DNA of 48,130 bases from Bacteroidota bacterium (GCA_033852415.1 JAWOMQ010000052.1:1-48130); one strand, 5' to 3'; counted from the first letter of the stretch, positions 17,695 through 26,738 are shown. Numbers and translations: made by a program. The notes: generated by a model not told the origin, from the letters alone.

Positions 17695-19530
17695 ATGAAT
17701 CAAAACGAACGCCGCATCCTGAACGTTTCCTCCTCTGCCGATCGCGAGAGATCAGCATTGGAGAAATCCGTTGCCCTCGGCCGGTTGATCGAAGGCTCCG
17801 AACTGATGCGGCGCCTTAGCCTCCTGCATGAAATCCAGCTACACATCGACGCGGCGAAGAACCGTGATGAAATATTCTCGATCCTCAGGGGAGAGACAAA
17901 ATGGCTTGTCGATCACGACCTTTGTCTGATGGGATTGGTCAATCGCTCTGCCACGCACTATGTTGTAAACATTATATCGTCCGCGGTTGATCTCAACGAC
18001 ATCAATCATAAACATTTCACACTTGATGAAGGGAGTCTGGGGTGGGTCATCCGCAACCGGACCGCGATGATCGAAGATTTGACCTCCCCGGGAGAAGCGA
18101 CGACAAACAGCATGGGTGCTCGTCTTCGCGCACTCGGAATAACCTCCCTCCTCATAGTGCCGATGCGGATTGAACGAGAGGTGATTGGAGCGCTTGCCTT
18201 CGGATCCCGGAAGCGGGATCCCTACAACGAAGTCGATTCGGGCGTCCTTCAGCTTCTTGCGCACTATTTTTCCGCTGCAATTAAGAACGCGGGGATCTTT
18301 GATGATATCCGCAAGCGGATTTCTCAGATCGAGCTGATCAATGATATTACCCGTAAGCTCACGTCGATGCTCAATCTGGAAGAAGTGCTGAAAACCGCAG
18401 CCACCTCGATCCAGAAGACGTTCAATTATTTTGATGTTACGGTATTTCTTCTTTCCCCCGATAAGAAGGAGCTCATCCTCGAAGCACATGCAGGCAGTTT
18501 TGTCGACTTCTTACCACATGGATACCACCAACAGGTAACCCGGGGAATCGTCGGATGGGTTGCGACGCACGGAACGAAAGTCCTTTGCAATGATGTCGCG
18601 CAGGATGCGAGGTATGTAACCTATGAGTATCATAACACGCGTTCCGAGCTCACACTTCCAATTAAAGTCGAGAATGAGGTTGTGGGGATCCTGAATGTCG
18701 AGGATACAAAACTTCATGCGTTTGATGAAACCGATGCGATGGTGCTTGAGACGCTGTCTGACCAGCTCGGTATTATTATCCGCAATGCGAAGCTGTATGA
18801 CGACATCCGCCAGGCGAACATGAAACTGACGGAACTCGACAAAATGAAATCGGAGTTTCTTGGCATTGTGTCGCACGACTTCCGGTCGCCTTTGTCGAGT
18901 ATTATTCTAGCTGGCAAGTCACTCCTCAAGAATGAGACCGTGCAAAGTATTAAACGGCTGAAGGAGTATCTCCAGATAATCGTCGACCAGGCAAACCGGC
19001 TGCATCAGCTTGCAGAGGATACGCTTTCCATTACCAAGATGGAGGCTGGACGACTGAATTATCACTTCAAAATAGTGAATGTGGGAAGATTGTTTGACGA
19101 CGCGATTTCCATGGTGAGATTGTCGAATCGGCATCAAATTCGATATGATGTTCATCCTGACGTTGCATTCATCAAGGGAGATCACTCGAAATTACGCCAG
19201 GTCATTCAGAACCTCGTCAGCAACGCGGTGAAATATTCACCCGGGGGTGGAAATATAGTTGTCGCGGCGCGACCTCACTCCGGCGATCAGATCTTGGTCA
19301 CAATTTCGGATGAAGGGATCGGTGTCCCGGCGGAGAAAATTGAGAAACTTTTTCAAAAATTCTCCCGTGTTGATTCTCCCGAAGCGAACCAGATCAAAGG
19401 AGCAGGATTGGGTCTGTGGATTTGCAGGGAAATCGTGGAGGCGCATGGAGGGAAAATCTGGCTTGAGAGCCAGGTCGGAAAAGGGACAACTGTGTTCCTT
19501 ACGTTGAATATTGCTCAGCCTTCAGGCTGA
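17695..19530 (+). CDS. Cytoplasmic sensor histidine kinase with two GAF domains
   Basis: 611-aa ORF. The H-box is SHDFRSPL, the N-box is NLVSNAVKYSP, and the G-boxes are DEGIGV and GAGLGLWICREIVEAHGGKIWLES. There are two GAF-like regions upstream and no TM segments. It starts 7 nt after the purM stop. Confidence 0.9.
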   Translation: MNQNERRILNVSSSADRERSALEKSVALGRLIEGSELMRRLSLLHEIQLHIDAAKNRDEIFSILRGETKWLVDHDLCLMGLVNRSATHYVVNIISSAVDLNDINHKHFTLDEGSLGWVIRNRTAMIEDLTSPGEATTNSMGARLRALGITSLLIVPMRIEREVIGALAFGSRKRDPYNEVDSGVLQLLAHYFSAAIKNAGIFDDIRKRISQIELINDITRKLTSMLNLEEVLKTAATSIQKTFNYFDVTVFLLSPDKKELILEAHAGSFVDFLPHGYHQQVTRGIVGWVATHGTKVLCNDVAQDARYVTYEYHNTRSELTLPIKVENEVVGILNVEDTKLHAFDETDAMVLETLSDQLGIIIRNAKLYDDIRQANMKLTELDKMKSEFLGIVSHDFRSPLSSIILAGKSLLKNETVQSIKRLKEYLQIIVDQANRLHQLAEDTLSITKMEAGRLNYHFKIVNVGRLFDDAISMVRLSNRHQIRYDVHPDVAFIKGDHSKLRQVIQNLVSNAVKYSPGGGNIVVAARPHSGDQILVTISDEGIGVPAEKIEKLFQKFSRVDSPEANQIKGAGLGLWICREIVEAHGGKIWLESQVGKGTTVFLTLNIAQPSG

Positions 19531-19546
19531 GAACACACATTGCACA

Positions 19547-20902
19547 TCAGGTATTGACCTCAAGCGCCGTCTCTTCCACCGGAATCGGGGGAACCCGACG
19601 GTGGGGAGTGACTTTCCAGAGTGGAAGCATGAGAATGGCACCGACGGCGGCGAAGCCGATCATTCCAGGACCCCAGACCGACCATCCGTACGCATCGAGG
19701 AGCGAACCCATGCCCCACCCCATCACCGAGCCGCCGAGATACTGCATCCCATCGAACATCCCTGTAGCGGTTGCACCCGCTCGTTTCCCCCCAAAATCCA
19801 TCGACGCCGTTCCTGAGAGCATTGAATGCACCATCGAAATCGCAAAGGAGTTGAGTGTAAACGCAATTGCTATGAGATTAACACTGGGTGCCTGCCACAC
19901 CACCAGCAAACAGAGGACTTGCATGATATACCCGATAAAAGCGACCGGCGGCCGACGGGTTCTGAAGATGCGGTCCGAAAGCATTCCCGCTGCAAACGCA
20001 CCCAGCACACCTGCCACAACTATGGCGAGTGCATTACGCTGGAAGATAGGATTATCGAGCTGAAGATGTTGGACCTCCTGCATGTAGCGTGGAAACCACT
20101 CCTCGAAACCCTTCCGGACCAACCCTGTGCAAAATTCTGCTGCGGCGATCGTGATCGTGATGGGGTTTGTAAAAATTTTCTTCGCGACGTACTTGAAGGT
20201 GATCTTTTCAGTGTCGCCGCTTGTGGCATCCTCCGGATCAAAGTCTCTCAAACCCGCGTCTACCGGCGTATCCCGTACAAACAATAGAGTGAATGTGGCG
20301 AACACAGCCGCGAAACCGGCGGGTAAGAAAAACTTCCACTGCCAGGGAAGAAGTACAACAGCCGGAACCGTCATGAGGGCATAGACTCCAAGCCTTCCCA
20401 TCTGGATCATCGAACCAAAGATTGCAGAAAACACGCCCCGTTCGCTTACGTGAAACCACGCCGCATTAACCTTGACCACTGCGAGTGCGCTGTAGGACTG
20501 GAAGTACATATTCAGTGTCCAGATTGTCGCGAGGTATCCAAGCACCAGAGCAGGACTCGAAAGCAGACCGATGTACGCAGCTAACCCGAATGCGAGGTTA
20601 AAGATGAACGCGCCCCAGGATCCGATGAGCATGGCCCTGCGACCGCCAATCCGGTCGGCCAGCGGACCGTTGAACATCGCTGCCAAACCGTAAACGAGTG
20701 TGGCGAACGTTATGATTGATCCTACCTCAGTTTTCGAGAATCCATAGGTGTCCGATAAATCCTTGTTCGCAAATGCAAAGTTATACCTTGCCATGTACAT
20801 TGCGGCATAGGTGAACCCCAAAGTCACCCAGTTGAGGGCTCTCCTCTTCCTGAAGGCTGTGGAATGCTCAGGTCGGTGGAGTGTAGCATCCATCGTTGGC
20901 AT
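19547..20902 (-). CDS. MFS transporter, possibly of the organophosphate:Pi antiporter (GlpT/UhpC-like) family
   Basis: 451-aa ORF with about 12 hydrophobic segments and the MFS loop motif GPLADRIGGRR. The N-terminal YMARYNF pattern resembles OPA-family members. The subfamily call is weak. Confidence 0.82.
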   Translation of the reverse strand: MPTMDATLHRPEHSTAFRKRRALNWVTLGFTYAAMYMARYNFAFANKDLSDTYGFSKTEVGSIITFATLVYGLAAMFNGPLADRIGGRRAMLIGSWGAFIFNLAFGLAAYIGLLSSPALVLGYLATIWTLNMYFQSYSALAVVKVNAAWFHVSERGVFSAIFGSMIQMGRLGVYALMTVPAVVLLPWQWKFFLPAGFAAVFATFTLLFVRDTPVDAGLRDFDPEDATSGDTEKITFKYVAKKIFTNPITITIAAAEFCTGLVRKGFEEWFPRYMQEVQHLQLDNPIFQRNALAIVVAGVLGAFAAGMLSDRIFRTRRPPVAFIGYIMQVLCLLVVWQAPSVNLIAIAFTLNSFAISMVHSMLSGTASMDFGGKRAGATATGMFDGMQYLGGSVMGWGMGSLLDAYGWSVWGPGMIGFAAVGAILMLPLWKVTPHRRVPPIPVEETALEVNT

Positions 20903-20987
20903 AAGGGATTACTAAAACTAATGTTGAAATTGTTGGAGAGAAGTGCTGCCGCGAATATAAGAAAAAACTAATTGATAAAAAACAAGC

Positions 20988-21323
20988 CTATCTCCCTTTG
21001 CTTGCCCGTTGTGCATGCTCGATGTTCTGTCCGACTTTGTTCAGCATATCCCTCCACCGGTCGAGGTGTCCGTGGTAGAATTCCATCGTTTGGTCAACAT
21101 CCCCCCGGCTGAAATGGTACGATTTTTGGAGGCTGTCTGTCTTGTGGAGGAGGGTTAGGGAGTCATGACCCAGAAGTTTCTCTTCCTGTGTTAGAATAAA
21201 AAGGGATGCTTCGTAGCTGACAAAGCGATCTTCCGGGATTTTCGGCTGTGACACCTGGACATCCCGGGAACAGGAAAACATCGTCAACAGGCAACCTGCC
21301 AGGAAGAAATGCGATCGGCTCAT
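20988..21323 (-). CDS. Hypothetical small lipoprotein
   Basis: I place the start at the internal ATG (21323), which gives MSRSHFFLAGCLLTMFSCSRD with a lipobox-like MFSC. No recognisable domain. The longer track ORF would overlap the upstream gene. Confidence 0.5.
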   Translation of the reverse strand: MSRSHFFLAGCLLTMFSCSRDVQVSQPKIPEDRFVSYEASLFILTQEEKLLGHDSLTLLHKTDSLQKSYHFSRGDVDQTMEFYHGHLDRWRDMLNKVGQNIEHAQRASKGR

Positions 21324-21447
21324 TTTGTACCGCCACAACGTACAAAGATTAGGAAGGAAATGCAACCGCCTTTCTCTCCTCAACTTATTGAGAGAACGTT
21401 GACAGATGAGTCTAAGCTCCCCAGGCGCGAAGATGCGGTCTGAATTC

Positions 21448-21831
21448 CTAATTCGAATCGACCATCTGCAACCGAACGATGGGATCAAGTGTGGTCGATA
21501 ACATTTTGGCTATCGCCTCGCGTTGATGTGCATCGACGATAATGAAGTACGTGAAGTAGCACTGGTAGCGTCGCATCACCTCGAAAACGTCATCTGGCAG
21601 GTCGCGCTTATTCTTCTCCAGAAGTGCTCTGAGAGCCCGGCCGATGTCCTCGGAACTCTTTGAAAAGATCGTCTTGAATTGCCCACTCGGAAGTTGTATT
21701 GCAAGGGTAAATACTCCGGCGCCGTGCGGAACGTTTTTGCCGATCCAATGCAACGTCAGGGGATAATAACCGTTGTGCTCGATTGAAACCATGATGGTGT
21801 GTCTCCCAAAAATATACACACCGGGCATCAA
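21448..21831 (-). CDS. Hypothetical protein (127 aa)
   Basis: The ORF lies in the same orientation as, and downstream of, the PhoR-like kinase. I recognise no family. Coding status is inferred from length and from the absence of any competing gene. Confidence 0.45.
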   Translation of the reverse strand: MMPGVYIFGRHTIMVSIEHNGYYPLTLHWIGKNVPHGAGVFTLAIQLPSGQFKTIFSKSSEDIGRALRALLEKNKRDLPDDVFEVMRRYQCYFTYFIIVDAHQREAIAKMLSTTLDPIVRLQMVDSN

Positions 21832-21974
21832 GAAGATATTAAGGAAAGGTTAAGCAATCATGAACTCTGTTGCAAAGAAGTTGGGCCCTGGAACCGACGA
21901 ATTTTGTCAGCAGCTCTCCCCGTTTATGAGATGCGACGGAGGCGCAAGCGAGGGATATCTCGCGTGGAAAGCCC

Positions 21975-23405
21975 TCATCCCTTCAGTGTAAAATGAAACG
22001 TCGTTCCAACCCCCACTGTGCTTTCCACCTGAATTGTACTTCCGTGCGCTTCGATGATGTGTTTTGCGATGGCAAGCCCCAAACCTGTACCTCCTGCTTC
22101 ACGCGAACGTTCCTTGTCGACCCTGTAAAACCGTTCGAATATTCTGGGGAGATGTTGTGGAGAGATTCCGGGCCCGGTGTCCTGCACCGCTATTGTGACC
22201 TGGTCGGGACGGGGTTCCATCGAAACCGTTACGCTTCCCTTTTCAGCCGTATACTTGATAGCGTTATCAATAAGGTTGTTCATCACTTGCCTCAGACGCT
22301 CTCTGTCACCTAAGGCTTCCGTTTTTCCACGCATCGGTGTGTAGGTTAGTGTAATCTCCTTTTTTGCAGCCTCAGGAAGAAACTCAGCGACAATAACGCG
22401 AAGAAATTCATCGGCATCAAAATAACGGAAACTCATTTTCATATCGCCGGATTCGATTCTCGAGATTTCAATCAGATCGCTGAGTAACGTTCCCAGCCGG
22501 CGGGTGTTTCGAAGTGCCCGTTCGATGAAATCCCTCCTCACGTCCTTATCGTCAAGCGCCCCGCCGAGAAGCGTCTCCAGTAACCCTTGAATAGCAAAAA
22601 TCGGCGTTCGGAGTTCATGCGATACGTTACCCAGAAATTCGCTCCGCACCCGTTCAAGCTTCTTCAGCTGACCGATGTCATTGTTTAGGCGGTCAATCAT
22701 GTCGTTCAATGTCTGACCTAACTGACCGAGCTCGTCATTTGTTGTGACTGGGATACGGAGATCCAGGTTTCCATTCCGGATCCTGTTGACAGTCTCATTC
22801 ATTGTGCGCACGGGCAGGGTCATTCGGTGGGCGACGAAAAGACTGATACAGCCGATGACCACGAGAATGATGACGCTGATAAAAATAATATTCGATCGGA
22901 CCTCTGCCAACCGCATATTCACCATGGTGAGTGGTAATCCCACGCGGACAATCGCGATACTGTCACTGCCGTAAGTGAGTTTTTCAGTCGCGAGCTTGGC
23001 AACATAGAGCATTTCAATGTCCAGCGTAGTACTGTGGCGTACGCTCACCCCCGAGCCAGAAGTGATTGCTTCCACTATTTCGGGCCTGTTTCTGTGATTT
23101 TCCAGAGTCTGTAACCCTGATTGTGGCAGCTCGGATTCAAAGATCACCGCTCCGTCCTCCCTGATGAGGGTCAGACGGACATCAGATGCATGCACGAGCC
23201 GTTGGATGAAGGCATAGGAGGCACTGTCATTGCTTCCATTTTGGCTGATAAGAGATTCAAACACCGTTGCTTGGGTGCTCAATTCATCGACCATCCTGTC
23301 CCGGTAGTAATTCCCAAGTGTGACAATCGAAAAGTAGCCAGCCACAAAGACAATGACCGCGCTCAGGACAATGAGCAAGAGGCTGAGTTTCGTGCGTATT
23401 TTCAT
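21975..23405 (-). CDS. Membrane sensor histidine kinase, PhoR-like (two TM segments, HAMP, HisKA, HATPase_c)
   Basis: 476-aa ORF. TM1 is LSLLLIVLSAVIVFVAGYF and TM2 is IIFISVIILVVIGCISLFVA. The H-box is SHELRTPI, the N-box is NLIDNAIKYT, and the G-boxes are DTGPGI and GGTGLGLAIAKHIIEAHG. The PhoR assignment rests on genomic context with PiT, DUF47 and the OmpR-family regulator. Confidence 0.9.
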   Translation of the reverse strand: MKIRTKLSLLLIVLSAVIVFVAGYFSIVTLGNYYRDRMVDELSTQATVFESLISQNGSNDSASYAFIQRLVHASDVRLTLIREDGAVIFESELPQSGLQTLENHRNRPEIVEAITSGSGVSVRHSTTLDIEMLYVAKLATEKLTYGSDSIAIVRVGLPLTMVNMRLAEVRSNIIFISVIILVVIGCISLFVAHRMTLPVRTMNETVNRIRNGNLDLRIPVTTNDELGQLGQTLNDMIDRLNNDIGQLKKLERVRSEFLGNVSHELRTPIFAIQGLLETLLGGALDDKDVRRDFIERALRNTRRLGTLLSDLIEISRIESGDMKMSFRYFDADEFLRVIVAEFLPEAAKKEITLTYTPMRGKTEALGDRERLRQVMNNLIDNAIKYTAEKGSVTVSMEPRPDQVTIAVQDTGPGISPQHLPRIFERFYRVDKERSREAGGTGLGLAIAKHIIEAHGSTIQVESTVGVGTTFHFTLKG

Positions 23406-23551
23406 TCTTTACGGTTTCCGGAATTGGATTGCCAGATAGACACAATTGTACAAAGATCCCGGGGGAATTCAAAGCCCCGAAAATTGATAATGTTCTGCCA
23501 AATGAGTATTTTCCGTGCCGGGAACCCTCTCAATCTCCAAAGGATCTTTCT

Positions 23552-24196
23552 ATGAAGCTCGACCGGCTAATCCAGATACTCCTGCCACATGATCAAAAAT
23601 TCTATCAGCTTTTTGAAGAATCTGCCGCCAATCTCGTTGAAGCATCGGAGTTGTTCAGACAACTCTTTGAAGGCACAATCACGGACCATGAGAGAGTTGT
23701 TGCGAAGATGCACGAATTCGAACACCATGGCGATTCCATCACGCATAGGATCTTTGCGGAGTTGAACGCGACATTCGTCACACCGTTTGATCGGGAAGAT
23801 ATCCACCTCCTTACTTCTGCACTTGATGATATCATGGATTACATCGATGGGAGTGCGTCGCGATTTGTTCTGTATAAAATCGAGGGATGTCCTCCTGATA
23901 TCCGCGTACTTTCGAGTATCCTGCTTGAATCGGTGATTGAATTGCAACGAGGTGTCTCTCTCCTGCGCGACTTTCGGAAGTCAAAAGAACTTCAAGAAGT
24001 TTTGGAAAAAGTGAATGAGTATGAAAACAAAGCGGATGATATTTTTCAGAAAGCGATTGCGGACCTCTTCGAGGAGGAAAAAGACCCCATTGTGATCATA
24101 AAGCTTAAAGAAATCTATGTCGGCCTCGAGACTGCTACGGATAAATGCGAAGATGCCGCAAATGTGCTCGAAACTCTCCTCATCAAACACGGTTGA
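23552..24196 (+). CDS. DUF47 (TIGR00153, PhoU-related) protein associated with the PiT transporter
   Basis: The helical 214-aa product starts MKLDRLIQILLPHDQKFYQLFEESA and sits immediately upstream of a PiT gene, which is the conserved DUF47-PiT pairing. I place the start at ATG 23552, preceded by AAAGGA. The track start is 23429. Confidence 0.85.
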   Translation: MKLDRLIQILLPHDQKFYQLFEESAANLVEASELFRQLFEGTITDHERVVAKMHEFEHHGDSITHRIFAELNATFVTPFDREDIHLLTSALDDIMDYIDGSASRFVLYKIEGCPPDIRVLSSILLESVIELQRGVSLLRDFRKSKELQEVLEKVNEYENKADDIFQKAIADLFEEEKDPIVIIKLKEIYVGLETATDKCEDAANVLETLLIKHG

Positions 24197-24205
24197 TCTG
24201 ACGCG

Positions 24206-25195
24206 ATGCTCTCCATTGTCGTTGTCGTTATTCTTGTCGCTCTCGTATTTGATTTTCTCAATGGGTTTCACGATTCCGCGAATTCGATTGCAACGGTCGT
24301 ATCGACGCGGGTCTTAACACCTCGCATGGCTGTTGCCTGGGCGGCATTTTTTAATCTCCTCGCGGCATTTATGTTTGATGTCCACGTCGCAAAGACATTG
24401 GGAAAGGGATTGATCGATCTGCAGGCTGTGACGGAGTATGTGATTCTTGCCGGCCTGTTAGGTGCAATAACGTGGAACATTATCACCTGGGTTTATGGCC
24501 TGCCAACCAGTTCCTCACACGCGTTGATGGGGGGGTACGCTGGCGCGGCAATCGCAAAATCCGGCATCGGCGCAATTATGTTGAGCGGTTGGATTAACAC
24601 GATTGTATTTATCTTTGTTGCTCCCCTCATGGGTCTGGTCATGGGCTTCGGTCTCATGCTCATTCTCATGTGGCTGTTTCATAAGAGATCTTCTTCGCGG
24701 GTCAATACAACATTCAGGAAACTGCAGTTGGTTTCCGCAGCACTCTATAGTCTCGGTCATGGGACGAATGATGCGCAGAAAACCATGGGGGTTATCACGG
24801 GCCTCCTCGTGACCGCCGGATTTCTCCAAAAGTTCGAAGTTCCGTTCTGGGTCATTCTTATGTCGCACTTTGCAATTGCCATGGGGACGCTTTTTGGAGG
24901 TTGGCGGATTGTCAAAACCATGGGTCAAAAAATCACAAAACTCAAACCCTCAGGGGGCTTTTGTGCGGAGACAGCCGGAGGGATCACACTTCTTATTACC
25001 GCATGGGCCGGAATTCCGGTAAGTACAACCCATACCATTACCGGGGCGATTATGGGAGTAGGCGCAACAAAGCGGTTATCGGGTGTCAGATGGGGCGTCG
25101 CGGGGAATATTATTATGGCCTGGATTCTCACCATTCCCGCTTCGGCGATCGTCGGAGCTGTTACATACTCCCTGATCGCTTTCTTCCTTAAATGA
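24206..25195 (+). CDS. pit: Inorganic phosphate transporter, PiT family
   Basis: 329-aa polytopic protein with the PiT signature repeats GFHDSANSIATVVSTR and GTNDAQKTMG. Confidence 0.93.
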   Translation: MLSIVVVVILVALVFDFLNGFHDSANSIATVVSTRVLTPRMAVAWAAFFNLLAAFMFDVHVAKTLGKGLIDLQAVTEYVILAGLLGAITWNIITWVYGLPTSSSHALMGGYAGAAIAKSGIGAIMLSGWINTIVFIFVAPLMGLVMGFGLMLILMWLFHKRSSSRVNTTFRKLQLVSAALYSLGHGTNDAQKTMGVITGLLVTAGFLQKFEVPFWVILMSHFAIAMGTLFGGWRIVKTMGQKITKLKPSGGFCAETAGGITLLITAWAGIPVSTTHTITGAIMGVGATKRLSGVRWGVAGNIIMAWILTIPASAIVGAVTYSLIAFFLK

Positions 25196-25212
25196 CAGCC
25201 CAGCCCCCCTCC

Positions 25213-25911
25213 TTACCTGTCCTCCTTCATCCTATACCCGACTCCCTTTATTGTCTCAATGTAATCCGCATAGGTCCCGAGCTTCTCCCGGATTTTCCGT
25301 ATGTGAACATCCACTGTCCGGTCGATCACATAGACGTTATGTCCCCAGATTGCATTGAGCAGTCGCTCGCGCGTTACTACTTCACCCTGGTAAGTAGCGA
25401 GATAGGACAATATTTCGAATTCTTTTTTTGGGAAAAAAATCTCGCGGTCATTGACTAGTACAAGATGCCGCGCCTGTTGAATTTTAATCACTCCGACCGA
25501 GAGCTCTTCACGGGCTTTGAGTGCCTCCTTCCCGGGTTCACGCTTTCGAAGAACAGTCTTGATCCTTGCGATGAGTTTTGGGATGCTGATTGGCTTTGTG
25601 ATATAGTCGTCCGCCCCGAGCTCCAGGCCTATAACCTCGTCAACTTCCGATCCCTTCGCTGTCAAAAAAACAACGGGAATTGACTGCGTAAGTGGATTTT
25701 TCTTCAACAATTTGAGTACCTCGATGCCATCGATTTCCGGCATCATCACATCGAGTAAAATGAGAGAGGGGAGTTTTTCAGCCACCGCGAGAGCTTCCTT
25801 CCCATTTCGGGCTGAATAGATGTAATACCCCTCCCGTTGAAGGTTATATTTTACCAGGTCAACGATATCTTTTTCGTCATCAACGACAAGGATGGATTTC
25901 TGAATGGCCAT
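25213..25911 (-). CDS. OmpR/PhoB-family response regulator (receiver plus winged-helix DNA-binding domain)
   Basis: 232-aa ORF. Receiver motifs are ILVVDDE, LILLDVMMP and LTAK. The C-terminal trans_reg_C pattern is LT.KEFEIL..L....G.V..RE.LL..IWG...... RTVDVHIRKIREKL. Confidence 0.93.
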   Translation of the reverse strand: MAIQKSILVVDDEKDIVDLVKYNLQREGYYIYSARNGKEALAVAEKLPSLILLDVMMPEIDGIEVLKLLKKNPLTQSIPVVFLTAKGSEVDEVIGLELGADDYITKPISIPKLIARIKTVLRKREPGKEALKAREELSVGVIKIQQARHLVLVNDREIFFPKKEFEILSYLATYQGEVVTRERLLNAIWGHNVYVIDRTVDVHIRKIREKLGTYADYIETIKGVGYRMKEDR

Positions 25912-26093
25912 AGGGAAGGTGTGCTTCCGAAAAATTTAAGCAAGTTTAATGATCTTCGCGTTCAGATGCAACAAGGGTGACGTTAAATCTGTGTTAATTC
26001 TCACTTGGGAGCAGAAGTCATCCTGTCGGCACTCGGAAAGAGAGTAAAAAGGCGGATTTTTCCCTTACTTCTGAGCGAAATCGTGGTAATTCC

Positions 26094-26122
26094 TTGACTT
26101 TAAGACGAGTTCTTCGTATCTT
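26094..26122 (+). promoter_or_regulatory. Putative sigma70-type promoter upstream of efp
   Basis: TTGACT (26094-26099), a 17-nt spacer, then TATCTT (26117-26122). It lies about 50 nt upstream of the efp ATG and is followed by a T-rich leader. The call is sequence pattern only. Confidence 0.3.
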
Positions 26123-26171
26123 TTTTTTCCAACTTTACATTTTTTTCACCTTTTTATTCAAGAGGATACCT

Positions 26172-26738
26172 ATGGCAACGACTTCGGACTTCCGGAGCGG
26201 CATGACTATTCGAAAAGATGGCGATCTCTGGGAAATCGTTGAGTTTCAACATGTCAATCCTGGAAACTGGCGCGCGTTTGTAAGGGCAAAACTTAAGAGC
26301 TTGAAATCAGGAAAAGTCGTGGAAACAAGATTCCGCGCGGGTGAATCGGTAGACGCCGTGAGAATCGAAACGAAGGAGTTCCAATATCTTTATCATGATG
26401 GGGCCTCGTACGTGTTTATGGATAAAGAGACGTACGATCAGATTAATGTAGAAGAAAAGACCATCGGAGAAGCGGCCCATTTTCTCAAGGAATCTGAAAT
26501 TGTCGAAATCGCTTTCAATGGAAATGAAATTGTGAGTGTCGAAGTTCCTGTCAACGTGGCGTTGAAAGTCGTGGAGACGGTCCCGGGGGTGCGCGGAGAT
26601 ACTGCAACCGGCGCGCAAAAACCGGCGAAAGTGGAGACTGGAGCGATGGTCAATGTACCGCTGTTCATCAATGAGGGGGATACCGTTCGTGTTGACACAC
26701 GGACGGGCCAATACATCGAGCGCGTCAGGGCGGCGTGA
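26172..26738 (+). CDS. efp: Translation elongation factor P
   Basis: The 188-aa product starts MATTSDFRSGMTIRKDGDLWEIVEFQHVNPGNWRAFVRAKLK and is collinear with E. coli and B. subtilis EF-P through the C-terminal GDTA...KPA..ETG..V.VPLFI..GD...VDTR.G.Y..R. The start at ATG 26172 is preceded by AGAGGA. The track start at 26094 is an upstream extension. Confidence 0.95.
   Translation: MATTSDFRSGMTIRKDGDLWEIVEFQHVNPGNWRAFVRAKLKSLKSGKVVETRFRAGESVDAVRIETKEFQYLYHDGASYVFMDKETYDQINVEEKTIGEAAHFLKESEIVEIAFNGNEIVSVEVPVNVALKVVETVPGVRGDTATGAQKPAKVETGAMVNVPLFINEGDTVRVDTRTGQYIERVRAA

Noticed and set aside
21448-21831. GIY-YIG nuclease resemblance (GVYIF ... WIGKN) in the 127-aa hypothetical
   Set aside because: The spacing between the two motifs is about 23 aa, against about 10 aa in genuine GIY-YIG domains. 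The downstream Arg/Glu/Asn catalytic pattern is not evident.
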